64,000 nt of DNA, taken from assembly GCA_963977675.1 (NCBI GenBank), contig CAXBPY010000002.1, positions 4,176 through 68,175 of the forward strand. The letters are read 5' to 3'. Below are positions 55,967-64,000 of this stretch, in pieces. The translations under genes were made by a program, and so were the position numbers. A model generated the notes under the pieces. The model had not been told where the DNA came from, searched no databases, and worked only from the letters and a program-made list of their open reading frames with translations. The stretch is from an uncultured bacterium (GTDB lineage Bacteria; Bacteroidota; Bacteroidia; Chitinophagales; UBA10324). How positions within the stretch are numbered: position 1 is the stretch's first letter; every line of letters starts with the position of its first letter.

Positions 55967-57454
55967 GTGAGGCAGAAATATTTTTTAATACTTGTATGTA
56001 TTTTTTATGGGGGAGTTTTGTTTTCATGCAAAACTGATTTGAAAGGAAATCTTAAAAACAATCTGACTCCTGAAACACATACGGTGGTGGATACAATTAT
56101 CCGGATTGGTGCAGACCGAATGAATGCCCAGGTTGAATTGAAATGGTGGGGCGATGACGCCGACGGATTTATAAAAGGATATGAATTCTCTTTTGACAGC
56201 GTGATTACAAGTTCAACACATTGGGTTTTTACTTCGAATCAGGACAGCACTTTCATTCTCACGATTCCACCCGGAAAAGACACAATTGATTTTACATTCT
56301 GGGTGCGGGCCATTGACAATCTGGGCTCTCCGGATCCAACTCCCGCGCATTTGGGATTGCCAATAAAAAATTCTCCTCCTTCCGTTCAGTTTATTTCTGC
56401 AACCAACAATCCGGTTATTTCATTTCCTGTTGTCAGGTTTTATTGGAAAGGTACGGATCCGGATGGCGACGAAAATCTTTCACGATACGAAATCTGCTGG
56501 AATGATACAGCTCAAACGCCTTACTCAATCGATGTCATTGCTTCGAGCGCAACCTTCATTGCCTCAACATTTTCCACAACCTCTCCTTCAAGCAATGTGT
56601 ACCTCAATAACGATTTGACAGCACAGCCGTTCCTGATGAGCGGAATGATTTTGAATGACACTAACCTTCTTTACATACGCGCAGTGGACAAAGCAGAAGC
56701 AAAATCGGCATTCATTTCTTCTTACAAAATATTTATTAAGAAACCACACTCTTCTAATCTTGTGGTGGAAGCTTATACCTCACCGGCACAGAGTGCCTCT
56801 GCGCTTACTTTTTATTCTCAAAACCTGACCGCATCGGGTGTCGCTGATTTTGATACATTGAATTTGTTTCAACAACAAGGCGGCGTTTATACTCAGCTTG
56901 CTCCGGATAACATTACTCAGTCGAGAATTTTTTCTTTGTTTAATCACATTGTTTGGTTTAGTAATGATGCTTCGAAATCACTATCACTCGGGCAGCGAAC
57001 GCTTGATAATTTTTTCAATGCAAACGGAAAACTTTTTATGGCGGTTTATGTCTCATCTACTTTTGATGAGCAATCGACCTTTCTTGATTTCACTCCTGTT
57101 CAATCGCTGGTAGCTTATAGTGATACTGCCCTGATACTTCAAGATACTTCCAGTGTGTTTTCGCAACAGAGCGGTTATCCTGATTTAAAAAGTTCTGTCA
57201 TCATCAGCAATGTGAAACCTTTCAATCTTATCACGGGTTCCACTCCGATTTATAATGCCAATCTGATAGGTAAAAAGATCAGTACTAACTTTTTGTTTCC
57301 ATGGAGCGGCGCTTCCACTGTGATGGCTTCAAAAACCAATCAGAGCGGTCAGATAAATTTTATTTTCTCTTCGCTCGAATTGCAAAAGCTCAATGGACTG
57401 AGCAATGCAGCTCAGTTATTTCAGAAATTATTTGTGACTGAGTTAGGAATGTGA
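55967..57454 (+). CDS. hypothetical lipoprotein
   Basis: 495 aa. GTG start and lipobox VLFSC. Two related segments, ELKWWGDDADGFIKGYEF and RFYWKGTDPDGDENLSRYEI. The stop overlaps the purN start. Confidence 0.55.
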   Translation: MRQKYFLILVCIFYGGVLFSCKTDLKGNLKNNLTPETHTVVDTIIRIGADRMNAQVELKWWGDDADGFIKGYEFSFDSVITSSTHWVFTSNQDSTFILTIPPGKDTIDFTFWVRAIDNLGSPDPTPAHLGLPIKNSPPSVQFISATNNPVISFPVVRFYWKGTDPDGDENLSRYEICWNDTAQTPYSIDVIASSATFIASTFSTTSPSSNVYLNNDLTAQPFLMSGMILNDTNLLYIRAVDKAEAKSAFISSYKIFIKKPHSSNLVVEAYTSPAQSASALTFYSQNLTASGVADFDTLNLFQQQGGVYTQLAPDNITQSRIFSLFNHIVWFSNDASKSLSLGQRTLDNFFNANGKLFMAVYVSSTFDEQSTFLDFTPVQSLVAYSDTALILQDTSSVFSQQSGYPDLKSSVIISNVKPFNLITGSTPIYNANLIGKKISTNFLFPWSGASTVMASKTNQSGQINFIFSSLELQKLNGLSNAAQLFQKLFVTELGM

Positions 57455-58023
57455 TGAACAAAAAACACATTGCCATTTTCGCTTCAGGTAAGGGAAGCAA
57501 TGCTCAAAAACTAATTCAGCATTTCAGAAATAATTCATCTGCAGAAATTTCGCTCATTGTTTGTAATAACGAAAAAGCGGAAGTGCTTCAAATTGCTTCA
57601 GCAGAAAAAATTCCTTCGTTCCTGATTTCAAAAAATGATTCACTGCAAAAACTGATTTCGGAATTAAGAAATCATCAGATCGATTTCATTGTGCTCGCCG
57701 GCTACTTGTTGCTTATTCCAGCAGAGCTGATAAAAGAATTTCCCAACCGGATTATTAATATTCATCCGGCGCTGCTTCCTAAGTTTGGTGGTAAGGGTAT
57801 GTATGGAATGAAAGTTCATGAAGCCGTAAAAAGTTCTGAAGAAAAAAAGTCAGGCATTACCATTCATTTTGTGAATGAAGAATTTGATAAGGGAAAAATT
57901 ATTTTTCAGGCAGAAGTATTGTTGAATGAAAATGATTCACCCCAAACTATTGCACAGAAAGTTCAGCAACTCGAACATGAACATTTTGCAAGGGAAATTG
58001 AAAAGATTATTTCTACTGGCTAA
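57454..58023 (+). CDS. purN: phosphoribosylglycinamide formyltransferase
   Basis: The ATG at 57454 (TGATG overlap) gives MNKKHIAIFASGKGSNAQKLI. Also NIHPALLPKFGGKGMYG. Confidence 0.9.
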   Translation: MNKKHIAIFASGKGSNAQKLIQHFRNNSSAEISLIVCNNEKAEVLQIASAEKIPSFLISKNDSLQKLISELRNHQIDFIVLAGYLLLIPAELIKEFPNRIINIHPALLPKFGGKGMYGMKVHEAVKSSEEKKSGITIHFVNEEFDKGKIIFQAEVLLNENDSPQTIAQKVQQLEHEHFAREIEKIISTG

Positions 58024-58675
58024 TCATCCAAAGAAGGACGGGTTTTTTAGAAGCAGATAAAAGTGTATCAAGCTTCATCATAAAATTGTTTGATACAGCC
58101 GGACAACCCCAGCTTTCCGGAGCTCCTTCAGGATAAAGCTCATCATCCGGAACTATCTCCCATGAGTGCAGCACAATTGTGCGGTCGTAGGCATTAGAGT
58201 TCGTTGAATCCAACCCATACAAAAGATATTTCACATGCATTCCAAAAACACTGTAGCCGCGCTCACCGATTTTATACTTTCCAAGTGAAGAGCAATGACT
58301 TTCAGGAATATTACTGAAAACAGGTTTGGTTTTAGAATCAGTGGTTTGCCAGCCGTTTGCTCCGCAGCCATGAGTCACTAAACCTGAAGCAGAAATATTT
58401 TTGGTTTTAAAATTCCAGACTGCAAATCTTTTTTTTCCTGAATGAACACTCATATCGGCAATGAAACAGAAATCAGTGTTAAATTTTTTTTGCGAACAAA
58501 ACATTAATGCCTTCTCTCCATATTTCGCAAGGCGCGCTGTATCTAGAATGTTAATTTGCTCCTCGGTTGCGGTCTTATTTTTTCCGGTGCCACTTATTTC
58601 AGCGCAATTGGAAAACAAGAACAGGGGAATCATAACACGGTACAAAAACTCTGAAGCACGAATTGAATACTTCAT
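58013..58675 (-). CDS. L,D-transpeptidase catalytic-domain family protein (YkuD_2-like)
   Basis: 220 aa. IADMSVHSGKKRFAVWNF, VTHGCGANGW, FSNIPESHCSSLGKYKIGE, IVLHSW and SWGCPAV match my recollection of this family. Its 3-prime end overlaps purN by 11 nt. Confidence 0.6.
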   Translation of the reverse strand: MKYSIRASEFLYRVMIPLFLFSNCAEISGTGKNKTATEEQINILDTARLAKYGEKALMFCSQKKFNTDFCFIADMSVHSGKKRFAVWNFKTKNISASGLVTHGCGANGWQTTDSKTKPVFSNIPESHCSSLGKYKIGERGYSVFGMHVKYLLYGLDSTNSNAYDRTIVLHSWEIVPDDELYPEGAPESWGCPAVSNNFMMKLDTLLSASKKPVLLWMISQ

Positions 58676-58772
58676 GAAACAATTTGATATTATCCAACGA
58701 AATATTTCTTAAGAAATTATTCAAGATCAAATCTTTTCCAAAGAAAAAAAGTCATTTTGCTGATTCACAATT

Positions 58773-59942
58773 TCATCTTAATAAAGTTACATATGATGAA
58801 ATTGCGCTTTTAATAAACGGTTTTAGGTTTTCTCCTGCTTGCATGATTAAATCTGTATCCATTGGAAATGCAGCTGGCAGTGTGTGTTGCAGCTTGGCGC
58901 GACTTGCATCACTCAGTGCATTCAAATCTCCAATCGCAGTAGCGCTGATATATTGAAAATTGGCTACGGAACTTACCGGCACAGACTGTATCAGTTCATT
59001 ATTTGCTGTGAAGAATTGAACCACTGCTCCAATTGTCGATTCTTTTTTCTGAACGGTTTCAATAACATCGCATGAAATTGTTTTATACTTTTTTGTTTTA
59101 ATGTCGTTACCCAAACTATCCTTCATTACATTTCCTTTTGCATCCAGCACATATTCCCAGCCATCTTCTACCTTTTTAGAATCAGTGTATTTATTCTTCA
59201 ATACCTGCTCCGGGCCGGCTTCGATTCTGCTAAGTTTTACCAGAACACGATAACCGTAATAAACTGAAGTATCAGCCTTTTCATCAAATTTCACCCAGAA
59301 AGAATTCAGACCAATCAGATCAATAGTGGTGAGTTCCTTTTCTAATCCAACAGGCATAACAGTTTCTGAAAGATTGGCAACCTGAAGTATAACATGGCTA
59401 AGGCCGGCTTCATAGGCTCGTTGCAGCTGTGCATTTGTGTCACGAAAATTTGGATAGAGCTCATTAGTGCGCAGCAATTCATTGTATGCATCGCGTGCAT
59501 CGAAACGGTTTTTTGTTTCAAGCAATTTCATGGCGTGTGTGTAGAGATATTCTGCTGCCTTTGTTTTAGCATCTATTAAATCATTGTCGTTAATATTTTG
59601 AAAGACCGCATCACGATTCTTGCTTGTAATATGGATTGGCAACACGGGAGAAACCAAAATGTATCGTTGACGAATTCCATCGAGTGTGTTATAAATATTT
59701 TCTAAGTAAACAGGATTACCGGTCTTCTTCCAAAAATTAATTTGCTGCATGTCACGCGCATAAGCTTTTGCATATGCCTCTTCAAGAAGTAACCCGTATT
59801 TATCCTTGCCTTCATTATTACGAACACGGCGAAGTGCCTTTGTAAATGCATCGTCATAATTTCCTTTACGCAATTCTTTTTGAATGCTGCTGCATGAATC
59901 AAGAAGAGTTACTGCCAGAAAGAGTAGAAAAATCTTTTTCAT
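58773..59942 (-). CDS. hypothetical lipoprotein
   Basis: 389 aa. Lipobox LLDSC. Helical N-terminal half and beta-rich C-terminal half. No nameable motif. Confidence 0.55.
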   Translation of the reverse strand: MKKIFLLFLAVTLLDSCSSIQKELRKGNYDDAFTKALRRVRNNEGKDKYGLLLEEAYAKAYARDMQQINFWKKTGNPVYLENIYNTLDGIRQRYILVSPVLPIHITSKNRDAVFQNINDNDLIDAKTKAAEYLYTHAMKLLETKNRFDARDAYNELLRTNELYPNFRDTNAQLQRAYEAGLSHVILQVANLSETVMPVGLEKELTTIDLIGLNSFWVKFDEKADTSVYYGYRVLVKLSRIEAGPEQVLKNKYTDSKKVEDGWEYVLDAKGNVMKDSLGNDIKTKKYKTISCDVIETVQKKESTIGAVVQFFTANNELIQSVPVSSVANFQYISATAIGDLNALSDASRAKLQHTLPAAFPMDTDLIMQAGENLKPFIKSAISSYVTLLR

Positions 59943-60019
59943 AAAATATAAATTTTAATTGAACTAATGGTCTCTAGGCAAAGGGTGTGCAAGAAATATA
60001 ATCCAGTGGTTTACAGAAG

Positions 60020-62206
60020 CTATTGCGCTACATCCAGCTTCTGTTCAAGCGATTTTGATTTTGCAAGGCAATCATCAGCCATCGAATTATTTCCGGCGCT
60101 TCGATAAGCAACACTTAGATTAAAATAAAGACGGGAATTATTTGGAAACATTTGAATTCCCTGATTCAACACAGAAATAGCGGCATCTACATTCCGGCTC
60201 ATGCCATAGGCAGTTCCAAGGTTTTCATAAATTTCTGCATTAAGCGGGTCCACTTTTTTAGCTTTTTCCAAAAAGTAAATTGCCGAATCGAGTTTGTTGA
60301 AATACATTCCATAACAAACTCCTATTTTAAAAAGTGCGTCAGGAAACTCCGGCAGAATTTTTAGCGCGATCTGATAATTCAATAATGCCGAATCGGGCTT
60401 TTTCATATTTTCATATACTAACCCTGTGACATAATAAGGAACCGGCATGCCGGGCGACTTATAAATAAAATTATGAACTGAATCTTCTTGGGCCTGGTAA
60501 TCTTTCCAGTTGACCAAAAGTGTTTTTAAATTTTTATATGCATCTGTATAGTTTGGATACATCACCAATGCTTCTTTGTAATAATGAAATGAAGTTGCAT
60601 AATCTGTATCACCTTTGAAATAAGCATTTCCCAATAACAAATACGCATTGCTGTATTTCGGGTATAGTTGCAAAGCTTTTTTCAAATAAGTTTTTGCCAG
60701 GTCAGTCATCTTCTTTTTCTCCTGGGGATTTTTCTCTTTGTCAGCATAATCAAGTAGAACACCGCCAGCAGCATTATTTGCTTTCGCGCTGTTTGGCGAA
60801 TTGAGAACATCAGTAGTGAAGAGGGAAAAATTATTTTCCCAGGCGGGATTGCGGGCAATTGTTCTGACTGAATAAAGCAGCATAATGATCGAGAAAACCG
60901 AAACTGCGAAGCGCGCAAACTGATTTGGAGATTTGGAGATTTGAAGATTTGAAAATGAGGTTTCCCTTGCTGTTAAATAATCTGACAACCTATGAATGCC
61001 GAATGCAAGTAACAAGCAAAATCCAAGCGAAGGCATGAATACAAATCGCTCACTCATAAAAGTGCCGACAGGAAAAACAAGATTGCTTACGACTGAAAAT
61101 GTAAGTGAGAAAAACAAAATGCTGAAAGCAATGAGCGGTTCTCTTTTCCAAAATCTGAAAGCGCAGAATGCTGCAAAGGCAATCACTGCAAGCGTGAGCA
61201 ACACAGCGGGCGACGAAAATGTTTGCGCAGTAATAGCAAACGGATAATAATCGCTCGTAAGCTTGAGCGGGAACACGAGCAGCAATAAATATTTTCCGAA
61301 AGTGAAAATGATGGTGGCAAATTTTTCTGCTGCCGTCATTCCGGTGAAAGGATTGTTCATCAGCTCCGTTACTTCTTTTCCCAGTGAAGTGTTAGTGAAC
61401 GATTGCCGAAGAATGAGAAACAAAACTGTCGCAACTGCCAGAGGAAGCATGAGTGAGATGAATTGATTCCGTTCGCTCTTTCTAAAAAGCATCCACGCGA
61501 GCGGCACCACCAGAAAAAAAGTAATTGCATTTTCTTTCGAAAGCATTCCGAGGAAGAAACAAACAAAGCTCAAAATCATTTTCGCCATAGAACGCGCGCC
61601 GTCCATGTATTGTAGCAGCAGGTAAGTGCCCATGGAGCAGAACAACATACTCATGATTTCATCGCGGCCTTTAATGTTCGCAATAGCTTCGGTGTGCATT
61701 GGGTGTGCGATGAAAAGCAGTGTGGTGAGCAGCGGCAGCAATTTGAATCTTCCGTATCGTTCTGAATGAAGAAGAAGTTGCTTCAGCATTAAGTAAATGA
61801 AAATACCGCACAGTGCATAGAGCAACACATTGATGAAATGACTGGTGTGAGGCGAATCACCAAAGTATTCCTTCTCCAATGCAAAGGTCACAAGCGAGAG
61901 CGGACGATAGCGACCACCTGCCACTAAATTTTTTTCTACTTTAAAAAATCCGAGGAAGGTATCGTGCGTGAGAATGTCTTTAATTCCTTTTGCGCCCTGC
62001 TGCGTGAACATGTTATCGTTGATCACAATGGAATCATCTTGCGCATATTCGAAACTGAGTGTATTGAAGTAAAGAAGAAACGAAACCAGAGCAATAAGAA
62101 AAAATGCACCTGAATTTTTCAGATACCATGGCGCATTATCCAACTTAAAATTTTTTTTCGGTGCGGATTTTTTTGGCTCGGGCTGCTTCGCAGATTTTTT
62201 GCTCAT
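60020..62206 (-). CDS. polytopic membrane protein with C-terminal TPR array (TMTC/GT-C-like architecture)
   Basis: 728 aa. About 10 TM in the N-terminal 450 aa (FEYAQDDSIVINDNMF, GRYRPLSLVTFALE), then 6 or more TPRs. Confidence 0.55.
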   Translation of the reverse strand: MSKKSAKQPEPKKSAPKKNFKLDNAPWYLKNSGAFFLIALVSFLLYFNTLSFEYAQDDSIVINDNMFTQQGAKGIKDILTHDTFLGFFKVEKNLVAGGRYRPLSLVTFALEKEYFGDSPHTSHFINVLLYALCGIFIYLMLKQLLLHSERYGRFKLLPLLTTLLFIAHPMHTEAIANIKGRDEIMSMLFCSMGTYLLLQYMDGARSMAKMILSFVCFFLGMLSKENAITFFLVVPLAWMLFRKSERNQFISLMLPLAVATVLFLILRQSFTNTSLGKEVTELMNNPFTGMTAAEKFATIIFTFGKYLLLLVFPLKLTSDYYPFAITAQTFSSPAVLLTLAVIAFAAFCAFRFWKREPLIAFSILFFSLTFSVVSNLVFPVGTFMSERFVFMPSLGFCLLLAFGIHRLSDYLTARETSFSNLQISKSPNQFARFAVSVFSIIMLLYSVRTIARNPAWENNFSLFTTDVLNSPNSAKANNAAGGVLLDYADKEKNPQEKKKMTDLAKTYLKKALQLYPKYSNAYLLLGNAYFKGDTDYATSFHYYKEALVMYPNYTDAYKNLKTLLVNWKDYQAQEDSVHNFIYKSPGMPVPYYVTGLVYENMKKPDSALLNYQIALKILPEFPDALFKIGVCYGMYFNKLDSAIYFLEKAKKVDPLNAEIYENLGTAYGMSRNVDAAISVLNQGIQMFPNNSRLYFNLSVAYRSAGNNSMADDCLAKSKSLEQKLDVAQ

Positions 62207-62276
62207 GGAATAAAAATAATTTCCGCCTCAACTGAGAAGAGAAGAAGATTGAACAAGGATATGTGGGAATGAAAAT

Positions 62277-62312
62277 TTATTTCAACTTATCACTCAGCAA
62301 TCTCACTTCCAG
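62277..62312 (-). pseudogene. ghost copy of the last 11 codons plus stop of gpsA
   Basis: The minus strand CTGGAAGTGAGATTGCTGAGTGATAAGTTGAAATAA translates to LEVRLLSDKLK*. That is identical to the C-terminus of the intact gpsA, which ends 49 nt upstream (TTAGAAGTTCGGTTGTTGTCTGATAAATTGAAATAG). An in-frame TAG at 62340-62342 closes the frame upstream. Confidence 0.7.
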
Positions 62313-62361
62313 CACCTCACCAACTTTGGTGCCCCTATCCTAAGGAGAGGGATGAATACTT

Positions 62362-63360
62362 CTATTTCAATTTATCAGACAACAACCGAACTTCTAATAA
62401 GGGAGAAAATTTCTGATAAAGAATATTGTAAACTGCCTGAGCAATTGGCATGTCCACCTTGTATTTTTTGTTTACTTCGTTAATGCAGGCGCTCGCGTAG
62501 TAACCTTCAGCAATCATGTTCATTTCCATTTGTGCGCTCTTCACGGAGTAGCCGCGCCCAATCATATTTCCGAAAGTTCGGTTGCGGCTGAACTGGGAGT
62601 AAGCAGTCACTAACAAATCTCCAAGGTAAGCGGAGTCCTTTATGTCGCGGCTAATCGGATGCACTGCTTTCACAAACCGTTCAATCTCTTCAATGGCATT
62701 GCTGATGAGCACTGCCTGAAAATTATCGCCGTATCCAAGTCCGTTGCAAATGCCTGAAGCAATTGCATAAACATTTTTGAGCACCGCCGAATATTCTGTT
62801 CCATAAATGTCATCGCTTGTATTTGTTTTCATGTAGCGGCAACGGAGCATGTTCGCTACCAAATTGGCAGTATTTGAATCCTGAGATGCAATGGTGAGAT
62901 AAGAAAGTTTTTCGAGTGCAACTTCTTCGGCATGACATGGTCCGCTAATTACCGCCAAATTGCTGTATTGAACTGCGAAGTGATTGTGAAAGTAATCAGC
63001 CATTACCGAATTCTCCTGAGGAATCATTCCTTTTACGGCAGAAACTATCAGTTTGTGTTTTAAATCTTGCGGGTGAATTGCAGCTAATGTTATTTTTATA
63101 AAGGCAGAAGGAACAGCCAGAAAAATAATTTCGCTCTTACGAATTGTGTCAATCAAATCTTCAGAAACATGAATCGAATTTTTTTCGAAGTGAACCGAGC
63201 TGATGTATCGTGAATTGTGCCCATGCTCCTTCAATGCTTTTCTTGAATCCGGGTTTCGAACCCACCAGTTAACTGCATGTTTATTATCTGTCAAAACTTT
63301 TGTAAGGGCAGTAGCCCAACTGCCACCACCAATCATTGCTGCTTTTATTACGCTTGCCAT
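62362..63360 (-). CDS. gpsA: NAD(P)H-dependent glycerol-3-phosphate dehydrogenase
   Basis: 332 aa. NAD-binding MIGGGSWATAL, with family conservation throughout (GPCHAEEVA, NRTFG). Confidence 0.9.
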   Translation of the reverse strand: MASVIKAAMIGGGSWATALTKVLTDNKHAVNWWVRNPDSRKALKEHGHNSRYISSVHFEKNSIHVSEDLIDTIRKSEIIFLAVPSAFIKITLAAIHPQDLKHKLIVSAVKGMIPQENSVMADYFHNHFAVQYSNLAVISGPCHAEEVALEKLSYLTIASQDSNTANLVANMLRCRYMKTNTSDDIYGTEYSAVLKNVYAIASGICNGLGYGDNFQAVLISNAIEEIERFVKAVHPISRDIKDSAYLGDLLVTAYSQFSRNRTFGNMIGRGYSVKSAQMEMNMIAEGYYASACINEVNKKYKVDMPIAQAVYNILYQKFSPLLEVRLLSDKLK

Positions 63361-63414
63361 ATTGTTGCGAACATAATTAGGAAATCAATCGGATTAAATC
63401 CGGGTGCGCATATT

Positions 63415-63900
63415 TCATTCACCCAATTCTTCGCGGATGACATCCCACACCAAGTCAATTTCAAATCCCTTCAGTGCTAAATATTGCGACAGCTTACCTT
63501 TTTTGTTAAAGTCTGAAAATGATTTCAGTGACGGAAGTTTTTTTTGTATCAGTTTCTTTATCGTTTTACGGTAATCATTGTTGTCAATTTCTTTCAATCC
63601 GGTTTCAATATTTTTTTCTGAAACTCCTTTTCGCTGCAGTTGCTGAGTGATTTTGTTTTTTCCCCAGTGCTTGATACGAAATTTTCCTCCGGCAAAAGAT
63701 TTTGCGAATCTTTCTTCACTCAAAAAACCTTCTTCAATTAAATCGGAAATTATTTGCTGAATGTCTTTGTACTTCACTTCCCACGAAAAAAGTTTTTCTT
63801 TTAATTCACTGTGACTGCGTTCCTGCAAAGCGCACCAGCGCCGCGCTTTTACTAAAGCTTCCGCATAAAGCAAAGGAGCTTTCTTTTTTTTATCAATCAT
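63415..63900 (-). CDS. recX: regulatory protein RecX
   Basis: 161 aa. ALVKARRWCALQERSHSELKEKL and repeated three-helix modules of RecX size. Confidence 0.75.
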   Translation of the reverse strand: MIDKKKKAPLLYAEALVKARRWCALQERSHSELKEKLFSWEVKYKDIQQIISDLIEEGFLSEERFAKSFAGGKFRIKHWGKNKITQQLQRKGVSEKNIETGLKEIDNNDYRKTIKKLIQKKLPSLKSFSDFNKKGKLSQYLALKGFEIDLVWDVIREELGE

Positions 63901-63913
63901 TCAGCAAGAGAAT

Positions 63914-64000
63914 TCAAATGATTGCAATACACTTCAACTCAATCGCAATTGGTGTGGGCAGCGATTTTATTTCCACTGTGGTGCGGCAGGGTTGGTTGTC
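63914..64000 (-). CDS. 3-prime end of an unidentified CDS running off the window
   Basis: The minus-strand frame open to the edge reads ...DNQPCRTTVEIKSLPTPIAIELKCIAII*. A second frame (...QPTLPHHSGNKIAAHTNCD*, stop at 63939) is also open, so I cannot choose between them or identify the product. Confidence 0.25.
   Translation of the reverse strand, partial: DNQPCRTTVEIKSLPTPIAIELKCIAII

Noticed and set aside
1-64000. Searched by eye for defence or mobile hallmarks: transposase, integrase, reverse transcriptase, restriction-modification, toxin-antitoxin pairs, Cas, phage structural genes, tRNA/rRNA genes, and long direct or inverted repeats.
   Set aside because: None was recognised. Every ORF of 100 aa or more is either a recognisable housekeeping or envelope gene, or a signal-peptide or lipoprotein hypothetical. 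Small genes and diverged families could have been missed without HMM searches.

Overview
This is a chromosomal window from an AT-rich Bacteroidota genome. Supporting evidence: three proteins with T9SS C-terminal sorting domains, a PorV/PorQ-like barrel, a possible PorW/SprE-type TPR lipoprotein, a TTTG-N19-CACATTTG promoter in front of adk, and leaders without Shine-Dalgarno sequences. About 62 CDS are densely packed on both strands. Many are translationally coupled through 1-4 nt overlaps, and several convergent pairs have abutting or overlapping stop codons. By eye I found no rRNA, tRNA, CRISPR array, transposase, integrase, or recognisable phage or defence gene. Most content is housekeeping and envelope biogenesis: dxr (partial), obg, adk, a NIF3 plus zinc-ribbon pair, lpxK, purine nucleoside phosphorylase, PBP1A-type and PbpC-type class A PBPs, plsC, lpxH, LptC-like, LptF/G-like, serC, a cystathionine-family PLP enzyme, purN, gpsA, recX and ribosomal protein Thx. 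I did not find a clear-cut novel multi-gene system. The observations most worth a second look are: (1) a SiaA/SiaB/SiaC-type partner-switch module (receiver-PP2C phosphatase, SiaB-like kinase, DUF1987 protein) with no diguanylate cyclase or other output nearby (15.4-17.8 kb). (2) A 36-nt ghost copy of the gpsA 3-prime end just downstream of the intact gene, differing from it only by synonymous changes (62.28 kb). (3) A C-free tandem-repeat spacer filling the serC to cystathionine-gene junction (51.70-51.75 kb), and a heptamer repeat against the PP2C gene start. (4) A stand-alone seven-CXXCH cytochrome fused to TPRs (47.2-49.1 kb). (5) A START/AHSA1-like protein with a roughly 105-aa lysine-rich histone-H1-like N-terminal extension (40.1-40.8 kb). 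(6) A PorV/PorQ-like barrel translationally coupled to an NHL-type lipoprotein (53.0-55.2 kb). (7) A coupled LptF/G-like, PAP2 phosphatase and GT39 glycosyltransferase operon (41.4-45.2 kb). All family assignments rest on motifs I read in the translations and on recollection of family signatures. No database search was run.
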